From Candidatus Omnitrophota bacterium (GTDB lineage: Bacteria > Omnitrophota > Gorgyraeia > Zapsychrales > JBDRMG01): a DNA stretch of 64,000 nucleotides. The position numbers were made by a program, and so were the translations under genes. The notes under the pieces are model-generated. The model was not told where the DNA came from and did not search any database. It was given only the letters and a program-made list of their open reading frames with translations. Location of the stretch: assembly GCA_043812495.1 (NCBI GenBank), contig JBDRMG010000016.1, forward strand, positions 66,137 through 130,136. Reading direction: 5' to 3'. Below, piece after piece: positions 37,489-46,527 of the stretch (its first letter is position 1; the number at the start of each line of letters is the position of its first letter).

Positions 37489-37524
37489 GAATTAAAAGAG
37501 GCTATGGGCATAAGCCCATAGAGT
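37489..37524 (-). terminator. Intrinsic terminator downstream of the DUF368 gene (CTATGGGC-TTAT-GCCCATAG followed by CCTCTTTTAATTCTT on the minus strand).
   Basis: A perfect 8-bp stem plus a T-rich tail lies 3 nt after the stop. Confidence 0.5.
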
Positions 37525-37525
37525 T

Positions 37526-38428
37526 TCATTTATTTAACCGTTTCGACCAAACCTCCAGACCAAAAGCAAGTAAATATCCAAAAACGGCAAAAATTAACGC
37601 GAAAACAAATTCTTTGTTGCCCGGATTTGGCCAACTATTTTTCTGAACTAACGGAATGATATCTCCATGACGGTCAATATAGGCTTGCAAGGTTTCTTTC
37701 CACGGCCAGATTCGCCGCAGAGACCCGATCATCAAGCCCACCAGGATAACGAGGACAAGATGATGAAATCTTGCCAAAAGCCAATACAGGACGCGCGTAA
37801 AAATGATCAGCCCGGCGCACGCTCCTAAGGCAAAAATCGATAAAACGAAAAAATCTCTTTGATTAACGGCTTCCAGAATATACTGATACTTCCCGAAGAC
37901 CAATAAAAGAAATGAGCCTGAAATTCCGGGAAGAATCATCGCGCAGATGGCTATGATACCGCAAACAAAGACAAACCAAAGTGTCTCCGGAGTTTGCACA
38001 GGAACAAGGCCGACCAATAAAAAAGAGCAAAAAGTACTGACCAGAGCCCCGAGAATCATTCCGGGAGACCATCGCCTGATGCTTCGTCCGACTAAGACCG
38101 CGGACGCAATAATCAGGCCAAAAAAGAATGAATAGATCAAAACCGGCTGATGGACTAATAACCAGTCTAAGATATGGGATAAAGAAAAAACAGCAAGCAG
38201 GGCTCCAAAAACAACAGCGCCAAGAAATTTCCACGAGGCATAGCGGAAAGCCTCTTTTATTTTTAATGACAGTAAGAGTCTTAAAAATTTGAGGTCAAAG
38301 GATTTGATCGCCAAAATCAAATCTTCATAAATCCCCAAAATAAACGCCATAGTCCCTCCCGAAACACCGGGAATGATGTTGGCAATACCGATGCAAAACC
38401 CTTTGAGGGCAAGAATAAAGGTGGCCAT
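37526..38428 (-). CDS. DUF368-family polytopic membrane protein (putative undecaprenyl-phosphate translocase, PopT-like).
   Basis: IIPGVSGGTMAFILGIYEDL and a second IPGISGSFLLLVFGKYQYIL repeat, typical of DUF368. An AAGGA Shine-Dalgarno is present. Confidence 0.7.
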   Translation of the reverse strand: MATFILALKGFCIGIANIIPGVSGGTMAFILGIYEDLILAIKSFDLKFLRLLLSLKIKEAFRYASWKFLGAVVFGALLAVFSLSHILDWLLVHQPVLIYSFFFGLIIASAVLVGRSIRRWSPGMILGALVSTFCSFLLVGLVPVQTPETLWFVFVCGIIAICAMILPGISGSFLLLVFGKYQYILEAVNQRDFFVLSIFALGACAGLIIFTRVLYWLLARFHHLVLVILVGLMIGSLRRIWPWKETLQAYIDRHGDIIPLVQKNSWPNPGNKEFVFALIFAVFGYLLAFGLEVWSKRLNK

Positions 38429-38513
38429 GGTTCCTTTCAAAATTTACTGCTTTCGCTAACGACAAAAATATTCTAATGCGTCGTCGCGATGGATACAATA
38501 ACAATTCTGTATT

Positions 38514-39494
38514 TTAATTCTTCAAAGACGGCGATTTGTTTTCTTTCGAAGCGGCTTGATAGACCAAATCGATAGCGCGCGCCACCCCCGCGGTCGGAAG
38601 GGCCAGGGTTCCCCGCGCCAAATGGATATGCCATTTCTTTTCTTTCTTAGTGATGGCAATCCAGAATTCCTGGGTCAAATCTTCCTCAACAACAACGACA
38701 TGCACCATGCCTTTCAAACGTCCGGAGTCATAGAGAAAGTCCTTGAAAATAATCGTGACATCGCCGTGCTGGTTTTGCGGCAAAAAGTGTTCAGAATCAA
38801 AGACATCCATAGAATAATTTTTCAAAATGTCCTCCTTGATTAGAGAGCAGGGAATATGACGAATTTTCGTGCACGTAATCTTATAAAATTTTTGCTGACC
38901 CCTAGCTGACCATTTGAGCTCATATTTTGTGCCGAATTGGGGATCAATGTCTTCTTGGCGGATTTGAAAACCCGTTGTACGGCTTTGCTGAAGGATCCAT
39001 GTAACGTAGTTTTTATCATCAGTGATAATTTCAAGGGTCTTCTTGTTTTTTAATCGGTTATTGGCCAGGCGAAGGAACACCCGAGAGAATAATCGATGCC
39101 GCTCGTGATGTTCTTTAAACCAGGGGTCCGGGAAAAGGGCATAAACAAAGGAAAGCGAATTTGGTTTAAACAAATAACGAAACGCAATTCTCGCATCAGC
39201 CAGAACCAATCGGACATTGCGAATATTGCGCGTATGGATTTTGCGCAGTCCTTTCCGGATTCCCGTCCAGCGGTATTCGATCCCGATGAAATTTCTTCTT
39301 GGATTTTCTTCGGCCCTTCGAATCAGATAATCTCCGTTACCGAATCCAATTTCAACTTCAAGGGGACCTTGACGAGAAAAATCTTCAATCCAATCGATTG
39401 TGTAATTCTTTATGGATGGTACGACAAGCGGTTTCAGGGATTGGTATTTTGTTGGTCGAGGGCGAGTGTGCGTGAACGTGTTTTGCATAATCAC
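38514..39494 (-). CDS. trmB: tRNA (guanine-N7)-methyltransferase with a C-terminal extension.
   Basis: The SAM-MTase motifs VEIGFGNGDYL, FIGIEY and LFPDPWFKEHHERHRL match TrmB. About 120 aa of additional C-terminal sequence are present. Confidence 0.7.
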   Translation of the reverse strand: MIMQNTFTHTRPRPTKYQSLKPLVVPSIKNYTIDWIEDFSRQGPLEVEIGFGNGDYLIRRAEENPRRNFIGIEYRWTGIRKGLRKIHTRNIRNVRLVLADARIAFRYLFKPNSLSFVYALFPDPWFKEHHERHRLFSRVFLRLANNRLKNKKTLEIITDDKNYVTWILQQSRTTGFQIRQEDIDPQFGTKYELKWSARGQQKFYKITCTKIRHIPCSLIKEDILKNYSMDVFDSEHFLPQNQHGDVTIIFKDFLYDSGRLKGMVHVVVVEEDLTQEFWIAITKKEKKWHIHLARGTLALPTAGVARAIDLVYQAASKENKSPSLKN

Positions 39495-39575
39495 TCAGCG
39501 AATAAGAGAAATCAGCTCGGTGAGAAAATAGGGTGAAAACGTCACGTGGATAAGAATGGGGGCTGCTTGGTCCAA

Positions 39576-40763
39576 TTAACAATATTTTCTGTATAGCGAA
39601 AGCGTCGATTCGGCCACCATCTTTCGCGTAAAACCTTTTTCGACCATCATGCGGCCTGTTGAGCCCAAGCGCTCGCAAAGGGCGTCATCCGCAAATAGCT
39701 GCATGATCCTAGAGGAGAGTTCGCCGAAGTCTTTAACCGGTATGACAAAGCCGTTAATGCTATCGCGAATAATTTCGGGCATTCCGCCTGTGTTGGTCAC
39801 GATCATCGGCCGGGCCGAAGCCATGGATTCAAGCATGGTCAAACCAAACGGCTCAAAGCTGGACGACGGATAAACACAAACGCGGCACGCCGCATACAGC
39901 TGCGGCATTTCATCTAAGGCATAGATATCGATCAAGACATTTTTCTTTAGCTTAAAGATGTCGATCAGATGGACCATGTAGGCAATATCCTTCTGCTGCG
40001 TTTGCCCCCAATCGATAATATTCTTTGTTCCGGCCAAGACCAGCATGGTCTCCGGGAATTTTTGCCGAATCACATTCAAGGCCTTAATGCTCACATCGCA
40101 TCCTTTGGCTAGCCCCATACGCGCGGGATGAAAAATAACTTTTTTCCCGATTAGCTGGGGATATTTTCTGAAAACGGACTTCGGTCGCACGCTGGGATGG
40201 AATTTCCTTTCGTCAATACCATGATGCACGGTTGTGACTTTTCGGTGAGAATAGCCGACTCCCAGAATCTCTCGCTCGATAAAATGACTGACGGCAATAA
40301 TGTGGGTCCACTTGATATTCATCGTGCAATCTAAAAACAGGTCATCGTCCCAGACATTATGGGCTGTCAAGAAAAGCGGAATGCCCTTTTTTGTGGCCAC
40401 TTCTTCCAACAGGCTCGCATGCACTTTGCTAAAATAATGCATATTGTGCGCATGCAAAATGTCGGGCTTATTTTTATCCACAAATTTCACAAATAGTTCT
40501 CGAACTTCTTTTTCCAGGCCGTCTAATCCCCGGCGATACAGCCAGTTTAAATCCATCAGAGGCGTCCGCTGGATTTTAACGCCCATGTACGTGTCATCGA
40601 CCGGAGATCCTTCGAAGCTACCGGTCAGCAGGCTCACCTTGTGCCCCATTTTGACAAAGGCCGGCAGCAGGATGGTTAAATGCGTTTCCACCCCGCCGAT
40701 GATCGGGGGAAAACCCCAGTGCAAGTGGGCAATTTTTAGTTTGTTTTTTGTGGACTTGGACAT
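39576..40763 (-). CDS. Glycosyltransferase family 4 (GT-B fold).
   Basis: EPFGLTMLESMASARPMIVTNTGGMPEII (E-x7-E region) and an N-terminal GT4 domain. Confidence 0.8.
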   Translation of the reverse strand: MSKSTKNKLKIAHLHWGFPPIIGGVETHLTILLPAFVKMGHKVSLLTGSFEGSPVDDTYMGVKIQRTPLMDLNWLYRRGLDGLEKEVRELFVKFVDKNKPDILHAHNMHYFSKVHASLLEEVATKKGIPLFLTAHNVWDDDLFLDCTMNIKWTHIIAVSHFIEREILGVGYSHRKVTTVHHGIDERKFHPSVRPKSVFRKYPQLIGKKVIFHPARMGLAKGCDVSIKALNVIRQKFPETMLVLAGTKNIIDWGQTQQKDIAYMVHLIDIFKLKKNVLIDIYALDEMPQLYAACRVCVYPSSSFEPFGLTMLESMASARPMIVTNTGGMPEIIRDSINGFVIPVKDFGELSSRIMQLFADDALCERLGSTGRMMVEKGFTRKMVAESTLSLYRKYC

Positions 40764-40770
40764 AGGTCTT

Positions 40771-43101
40771 TTATAGATAATAATCTTGTCGTGTCTTCAG
40801 AGGCTTTTCGCGCGTGAAAGTGAATTCCTTGTTTGCCTTTAAGATTCGGTTTTTGCCGAAAATATCAATTTTCTCTTTCCTCTTGCCCTTCGATACCATC
40901 TTGATGCGCACCTTATTATTTCTGGCATCAACGTGAAACAGGCTATTGCGCCAGACAAACGAACAGGTGATTCGGCGCCAGGCATGCGGCATGCGCGGAT
41001 CAACCGACAACATATTGTGACGTACCCGTACGCCTGCAAAACCATTCACAACGACCTGCCAGGTTCCTCCTAAGGAAGCCGCATGAATCCCTTCGTGAGT
41101 ATTGCCGTGCAAATTGCTGATATCGGCCCTTAAAGCCACATTGAAAAACTGATAGGCGCGGCTCAAGGCCCCGGCCTCAATGGCCATCAAGGCATGAATG
41201 GCGGGGCTCAGCGAAGATTTATGCAGAGTCCGGTTGGCATAATAAAAGAAATTGCTCTCTTTTGTTTTGTCGTTAAATTCGTCCCCAAAAAGATAAAGAA
41301 GCATGAGGACATCCGCCTGTTTGACAAATTGCGTCTTATTGTAATCTTTGACCTTAATGCCGTCGGGCAGAAGCGGAATGAAGTTTTCGTCAAAATTCAC
41401 GATTTCGATGTATCGCTTCTTGAAGAATCCGTCAAACTGCTCGATCACCTTGTCTTCCCTGATATTGAGATGAATCTTCTGAGCCATCGTTTTGAAGCGA
41501 TTGATTTCGGCGGGAACCAAATTGATGTCTTTGGTAAGACGCACAAATTCCTTGGGATTGAATTTCTTGAATTCAAAATACAATTTGTTGGCGATCAGCA
41601 AATTCCATCTGGCCATCCAATTCGTAAAGGCATTATTGCTGACATGCTCGTGGAATTCATCCGGACCGATGACATCTTTGATTTCGTATTGATTCTTTTT
41701 GTTGCGCTCTAAGCGGCTCGCCCAGAATCGCGCGGTTTCAAAAATTATTTCGCAACCGTATCGGCTCATAAAATCGATATCGGAGGTGATGGTAAAATAC
41801 TGATTGCAGGCAAAGGCAATATCAGCAGTGATATGCTGCTCTTGCTTGTTGGTCTTAATTTGAATAATGGTACCGTCTAAGTTTCTGGCCCACGTGGGTG
41901 TTTCTTCTTCGCCCGTACCGGCCGACTCCCAGGGAAACATCGCACCTTTATACCCTCTCTTTTTAGCGATGGCCCGTGCCTGCTCAAGCCGTTGGTATCT
42001 ATACAAAAGCATATTCTTGGCCACTTGCGGGCAAACATACGCATAAAAAGGAACCATAAAAATTTCCGCATCCCAGAAAATATGGCCCCGGTAACCCTCG
42101 CCGCTTAAGGTCCTCGCGCCAATACTTGAGAACCCTTCATCCACGCGAGCGCAGATCAGCATATGGTAGATATTGAATCGAAGGTTCTTCTGGATGCTGG
42201 CCGTTCCTTCAATCACAACGTCGGCCACATCCCATAAGGCATGCCAGGCCTCACTATGCTTCTTAAGTAGGCTTTGGAACCCGGATTTAAAGACTTTTTG
42301 AAAATGCTTCTTGGATAAATTTTTGTTCTTTTTTAGTTCCGCGGGATCATTATCAAGAACCGAAATATAAAAAACTTTCGTAAATGTAATCGACTGACGT
42401 TTTTTAAGCTTTAGCTCAAGGATATTATCCGGCGCATAAACCTTTTGCCCGCCTCTTCTGTAGGTAAATCCGCTGCGAAAGAGAATCAGGTGTTTTTTCT
42501 CAAATGTCTGCGCGACCAGAAATCCGGAATTATCTTCCTGCCCGATTTCTTTAACGCGAAAATGCTTCTTTTGTCCTTCCGTGACCGTCCCGGCATTGAC
42601 AACGGATGTGTCAATTCCTGTATGAAGCTCGATCTCAGCCGCATCATCCAAGGGGGTTAAAACAATTTGCATCACACCGATATTCTTATCCGCCATCGAA
42701 ACAAATCGTATGGACTGATAATCATAGCGTCTTTTCTTGCTATCCACATAAACGGTGTGTCTTGTCAAAAGCCCATCGCGCATATTCAGGATGCGCTTAT
42801 GCTCCAGAACATTCATGGCTAAAATGTCCAGCTTTTCGCCATTGACGGTGAATTTGAAATTAAAAAGATTGGGCAGGTTGACCAACTCGGCCACTTGAGA
42901 TGTTATGCGGTCGTAGATACCGGCTAAGTACGTACCCGGAACTGCGCCGGGTGGGATTTCTTCCAGGACGGCGCGTACGCCCATATAGCCATTACCCAAG
43001 GAAAGTTGGCTTTCCCTGATGGCCTGCAGAGATTTATGGAAACCTTCTTCCCTGATACACCAAAGGTCTTCGTTCGTGTATTTCGCGTAAAAATCCTTCA
43101 T
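40771..43101 (-). CDS. GH65-family glycoside phosphorylase (kojibiose/trehalose/maltose phosphorylase-like).
   Basis: SLGNGYMGVRA (N-terminal beta-sandwich) and EGYRGHIFWDAEIFMVPFY (catalytic (alpha/alpha)6 region) match GH65. Confidence 0.8.
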   Translation of the reverse strand: MKDFYAKYTNEDLWCIREEGFHKSLQAIRESQLSLGNGYMGVRAVLEEIPPGAVPGTYLAGIYDRITSQVAELVNLPNLFNFKFTVNGEKLDILAMNVLEHKRILNMRDGLLTRHTVYVDSKKRRYDYQSIRFVSMADKNIGVMQIVLTPLDDAAEIELHTGIDTSVVNAGTVTEGQKKHFRVKEIGQEDNSGFLVAQTFEKKHLILFRSGFTYRRGGQKVYAPDNILELKLKKRQSITFTKVFYISVLDNDPAELKKNKNLSKKHFQKVFKSGFQSLLKKHSEAWHALWDVADVVIEGTASIQKNLRFNIYHMLICARVDEGFSSIGARTLSGEGYRGHIFWDAEIFMVPFYAYVCPQVAKNMLLYRYQRLEQARAIAKKRGYKGAMFPWESAGTGEEETPTWARNLDGTIIQIKTNKQEQHITADIAFACNQYFTITSDIDFMSRYGCEIIFETARFWASRLERNKKNQYEIKDVIGPDEFHEHVSNNAFTNWMARWNLLIANKLYFEFKKFNPKEFVRLTKDINLVPAEINRFKTMAQKIHLNIREDKVIEQFDGFFKKRYIEIVNFDENFIPLLPDGIKVKDYNKTQFVKQADVLMLLYLFGDEFNDKTKESNFFYYANRTLHKSSLSPAIHALMAIEAGALSRAYQFFNVALRADISNLHGNTHEGIHAASLGGTWQVVVNGFAGVRVRHNMLSVDPRMPHAWRRITCSFVWRNSLFHVDARNNKVRIKMVSKGKRKEKIDIFGKNRILKANKEFTFTREKPLKTRQDYYL

Positions 43102-43168
43102 GGCGGGAACATTATAGCAGAAATTCTTGGGTTTACCAAGTCAGCATATGGAAAGATGAGGAAAACCG

Positions 43169-43849
43169 TTATATGGCCACAAATAAGCTTAAGGCCTTAA
43201 AAAAGAAATACCCGGATACCGCAAGGAGAATCGCGCCGCAAAACTGTTTAATACGAATAAGCCCTGGGCCGGGCTTGGGCAGATGGACAACAATACCGCT
43301 AAAGGTGCCCACGAGAATCAGGGAGGCGCCCATCCCATAAGAAAACACAAAAAGCAGACTCACGGCGTAAATAGGGTTTTGTTTGGATGCGATATGTAAA
43401 AGCAGCGTTCCGAGAACCGGCGTCGCGCAAGGGCTAACCGCAAGCCCTGAGGCCATACCAAATAAAAGGACTGTCCACAAATTGGTCGGCTTTATTTTCT
43501 GCCGGATGTTGGCGCCGAAAGAAGACAGCGGGATAATATCAAGCAAGACCAAGCCAAAAAACACAAGAATGCAGCCGACAATGAGAGAAACGATTGGGCT
43601 GTTTTGAATCCGGCCAAAGACCTGCCCCGTCAGTGCGGCAAGAATGCCAAGGATACAATAGGTCATCGCAATTCCGAAAACATAAATCACGGAAAGCAAA
43701 AAGCCCATAAGCTTCGAGCCTTTGGTATCTATCCCACCAATATAACTCGCCGTAATAGGAATTAACGGATAAACACACGGCGTAAAGCTCACCAAGACAC
43801 CGCCCCAAAAGGCAATTATATAATCAATGAATCGACCGGTTATTTCCAT
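43169..43849 (-). CDS. ccdA: Cytochrome c biogenesis protein CcdA / DsbD-like thiol-disulfide transporter.
   Basis: Six transmembrane helices with the conserved Cys in FTPCVYPLIP and AVSPCATPVLG. Confidence 0.75.
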   Translation of the reverse strand: MEITGRFIDYIIAFWGGVLVSFTPCVYPLIPITASYIGGIDTKGSKLMGFLLSVIYVFGIAMTYCILGILAALTGQVFGRIQNSPIVSLIVGCILVFFGLVLLDIIPLSSFGANIRQKIKPTNLWTVLLFGMASGLAVSPCATPVLGTLLLHIASKQNPIYAVSLLFVFSYGMGASLILVGTFSGIVVHLPKPGPGLIRIKQFCGAILLAVSGYFFFKALSLFVAI

Positions 43850-43859
43850 TTAAATAGAT

Positions 43860-44820
43860 TTAGGATTTCTGTTGTTGGGCCAGCGCCTGGATTCTCTTGA
43901 GCATATTCGGATGTGTGCTCATCGCCTCCATCATGCGGTCACCAAGATTCAAAACCACTTTTTTATTTCGCAAATTAGCCAGTTCATAAGAATCGATGGT
44001 TCCGCTGCGATCCAAATCAATCTGGGCTAAGTCGCGTATTTCATTCATGGCCTGCGAGGGGTCATTTAAGAAAAATGCCTTAAAACCTTCGGCTTCTTTA
44101 ATAACACCTTTACCCATACGTGCTGAACCGTAAACGAGCTTATAGAGCGCTGTGGCTAAACTGGAAGGTTTATTGCCCAAGGCAATGGAGCCCCGATCAG
44201 CAAAGTATTCTCGAATGCGAGAAGCATAAAGAACCAATAAGTTGGTAATAAAATAGAAAACGAGAGCCACAAGCCCGATCAAGGCCGCTTGCCCGCGGTC
44301 TCTCCGGCCTCCGCCAAAAAAGAGTAAATGCCACGCCAGACGATACATAATAATCGGAATCACGGATAAAAGCGTGATGGTCAATACATCACGGTTTTTT
44401 ATATGGCTGAGCTCGTGGCCGATCACCGCCTTCAATTCATCTTCATCCAGAAGCTGCATAATGCCCTGGGTCACACAAACACGACCATCAGATATCGAAC
44501 GGCCAAAAGCAAAGGCATTGGGAATCGGCATTTGCGCGATGCAGACTCTGGGCATGGGAATGCGCGCTTTTGCGGCCTGGTCTTCGACAATTTTATAAAG
44601 AGATGGGTTCTCTTCTCTTTTGATATAGCGAACGCGCATCGACCATTCGATCAATTTCGGTCCCACCATATATTGAATGAACATAAACCCAAAAGCAATA
44701 AGCAGATAAATGTAAAAATTCCCAATGCCCATATAGGTCCCGACCGCAACCATCGCGGCATAGACAATGGCAAACAAAAGTGTCACTAAAAGCATCATTC
44801 TTAAATGTAGGAAAAACATT
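43860..44820 (-). CDS. htpX: M48-family zinc metalloprotease, HtpX homologue, with a C-terminal EF-hand-like loop.
   Basis: HELSHIKNRD is the HExxH motif. Four transmembrane helices. DLDRSGTIDSYE fits the 12-residue EF-hand loop consensus. The true start is the ATG at 44820 (Shine-Dalgarno GAGAGGAG); the longer ORF reads into a repeat. Confidence 0.8.
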
Positions 44821-44825
44821 TTTTG

Positions 44826-44910
44826 TCTCCTCTCAATGAGGCCCGCACTTATGGACCCCGCTGCCCCGCATTTTGCGGGGCAAGAAGCGGGGAAACATAA
44901 CTGTGCGGCC
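44826..44910. repeat. C-type hairpin repeat immediately upstream of the htpX start. The outer stem is GCCCGCACTTATGG / CATAACTGTGCGGCC and the inner stem is CCCCGC..GCGGGG.
   Basis: Read directly. The GCGGGCCTCATTGAGAGGAG tail resembles the tail of the A module. Confidence 0.5.
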
Positions 44911-44973
44911 GAATTAAACAAATTCAACTATAATTCTTTTCCTTTATCAAGTGAACTCAATAGTTCTAACAAA

Positions 44974-46527
44974 TTACTTGAACAATTTCAACTGTTGTTT
45001 TTCTCTTTGTTTTTTCGAAGGTCCTTTTTGACTTTGTCCTTTTTCATAAGCCTTCAGTTTTTCCTCAATATCCGAAAGAAATGCGGAAGCCTGATTTTCA
45101 TAGTGCTGGCCAAAAATAAAGCGCCTTTTAGCCCGCGCAAGGTAAAGCCGTTTTTTCGCGCGCGTCATCCCGACATAAAAAAGACGTCTCTCTTCCTCTT
45201 CGCTTGAGGAAAATCCTTCGATGGCCAAAGGCAAAAGATTCTTCTCGCAGCCCACCATAAACACAACGGGAAATTCGCACCCTTTCGCCGCATGAAGAGT
45301 TAAAAGCGAAATGCTTTCGCTTTTTTCTTTATACTGATCTTCGAATTCCTGCGGATCATCAAAATACTCATAATGCTCAGAAAAAGGAATTCCGCTTCGC
45401 GCAAAAGCTTCTTGTAGGTATTTCTTTTGCGCATGAAGGCGATACAAGACGGCAATGTCGCCAAAAGAATAGCGAGCTTCATGTTCATACGAAACGCGCT
45501 TGGAATCCTGCGAAAACATGGCTGTCCCGCCGACCAATCGCTCAACTTGATGGACCACGTATTCCGCCTCGGCTTTATCAGTAGGCGCTTCGTAAATTGT
45601 CAGATGACCTTCTGTATATATTTTTGCTGTCAAATCCGGAATAAAGGAATTCCTCGCCTTGGACATCACCTGGCCTGAGGCCTCAAGGAGATTAGGCGCT
45701 GAGCGATAGTTTTGTGTAAGAGATAGGATGCTTGCTCCGGGAAAATCTTCTTTAAAGCTTTCAAAATAACGTACGTCCGAGCCTCGGAAGCTATAAATCG
45801 CCTGATTGGGATCTCCAATGGCGGTTAAGAAATTTTCACCTGAAACAAGCAAAGCCAAAAGCCTGTGTTGCAAAGCATTGATGTCTTGGTATTCATCGAC
45901 GAAGATATGCCGGTATTGTTGTCGAATTTTCTCACAAACGACTTTGTTGTCCTTCAAAAGCCTTAAACTTTCTAAGAGCAGATCATCAAAATCTAATAAA
46001 TTCTTACTTCTCAACAGGCGATTGAACTTGAGCGCATATTCGGACACATCCGTGAACAGAAGTTTAGTCTTTAGAGAAGAGATTTCATTCAACAGATCTT
46101 TTCTGCTGCGCTTCTTTTCATCAGGCCATAATTGTTGTCCGATTTTGTCGATGTCCTCTTTTGAGGCCATACAAAATTCTCTTGGCAAATCCGTTTGCTC
46201 AATGTGATCGCGAAGAAGTTTTAAGCAAAATGAATGAAATGTACCGACGAATATTTGTTTCAATTCTTGACCCATTGCTTGCTTAAGGCGCTCCTTCATC
46301 TCATGGGCCGCTCGATTGGTAAAAGTAATGGCTAAAATATTCTCAAATGGGGTTAATTCTCTGGCGATACGAGCGATGCGATGCGTTAAGGTATGCGTTT
46401 TTCCCGTGCCCGGACCTGCGACAATAAGAAGATGGCCCCCACGAAACTCAACCGCCTGCCATTGGGCTTCATTTATATTTTCTGGCTTTATTTTGCTTTG
46501 AGGGCTTAATTCTTTCATTTTATTCAA
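44974..46527 (-). CDS. UvrD/Rep/PcrA-family superfamily-1 DNA helicase, short form (517 aa).
   Basis: LIVAGPGTGKTHTLTHRIA (Walker A), DEYQDIN, and C-terminal UvrD_C motifs (TLHAAKGCEFPVVF, YVGMTRAKKRLYL). Confidence 0.8.
   Translation of the reverse strand: MNKMKELSPQSKIKPENINEAQWQAVEFRGGHLLIVAGPGTGKTHTLTHRIARIARELTPFENILAITFTNRAAHEMKERLKQAMGQELKQIFVGTFHSFCLKLLRDHIEQTDLPREFCMASKEDIDKIGQQLWPDEKKRSRKDLLNEISSLKTKLLFTDVSEYALKFNRLLRSKNLLDFDDLLLESLRLLKDNKVVCEKIRQQYRHIFVDEYQDINALQHRLLALLVSGENFLTAIGDPNQAIYSFRGSDVRYFESFKEDFPGASILSLTQNYRSAPNLLEASGQVMSKARNSFIPDLTAKIYTEGHLTIYEAPTDKAEAEYVVHQVERLVGGTAMFSQDSKRVSYEHEARYSFGDIAVLYRLHAQKKYLQEAFARSGIPFSEHYEYFDDPQEFEDQYKEKSESISLLTLHAAKGCEFPVVFMVGCEKNLLPLAIEGFSSSEEEERRLFYVGMTRAKKRLYLARAKRRFIFGQHYENQASAFLSDIEEKLKAYEKGQSQKGPSKKQREKQQLKLFK

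Noticed and set aside
44821-44927. A 5' extension of the htpX ORF back to 44927, and a similar extension of the DUF2892 ORF to 57462.
   Set aside because: The extensions are encoded by the palindromic C-type repeat. An internal ATG with a good Shine-Dalgarno and a conserved N-terminus is the likely start.
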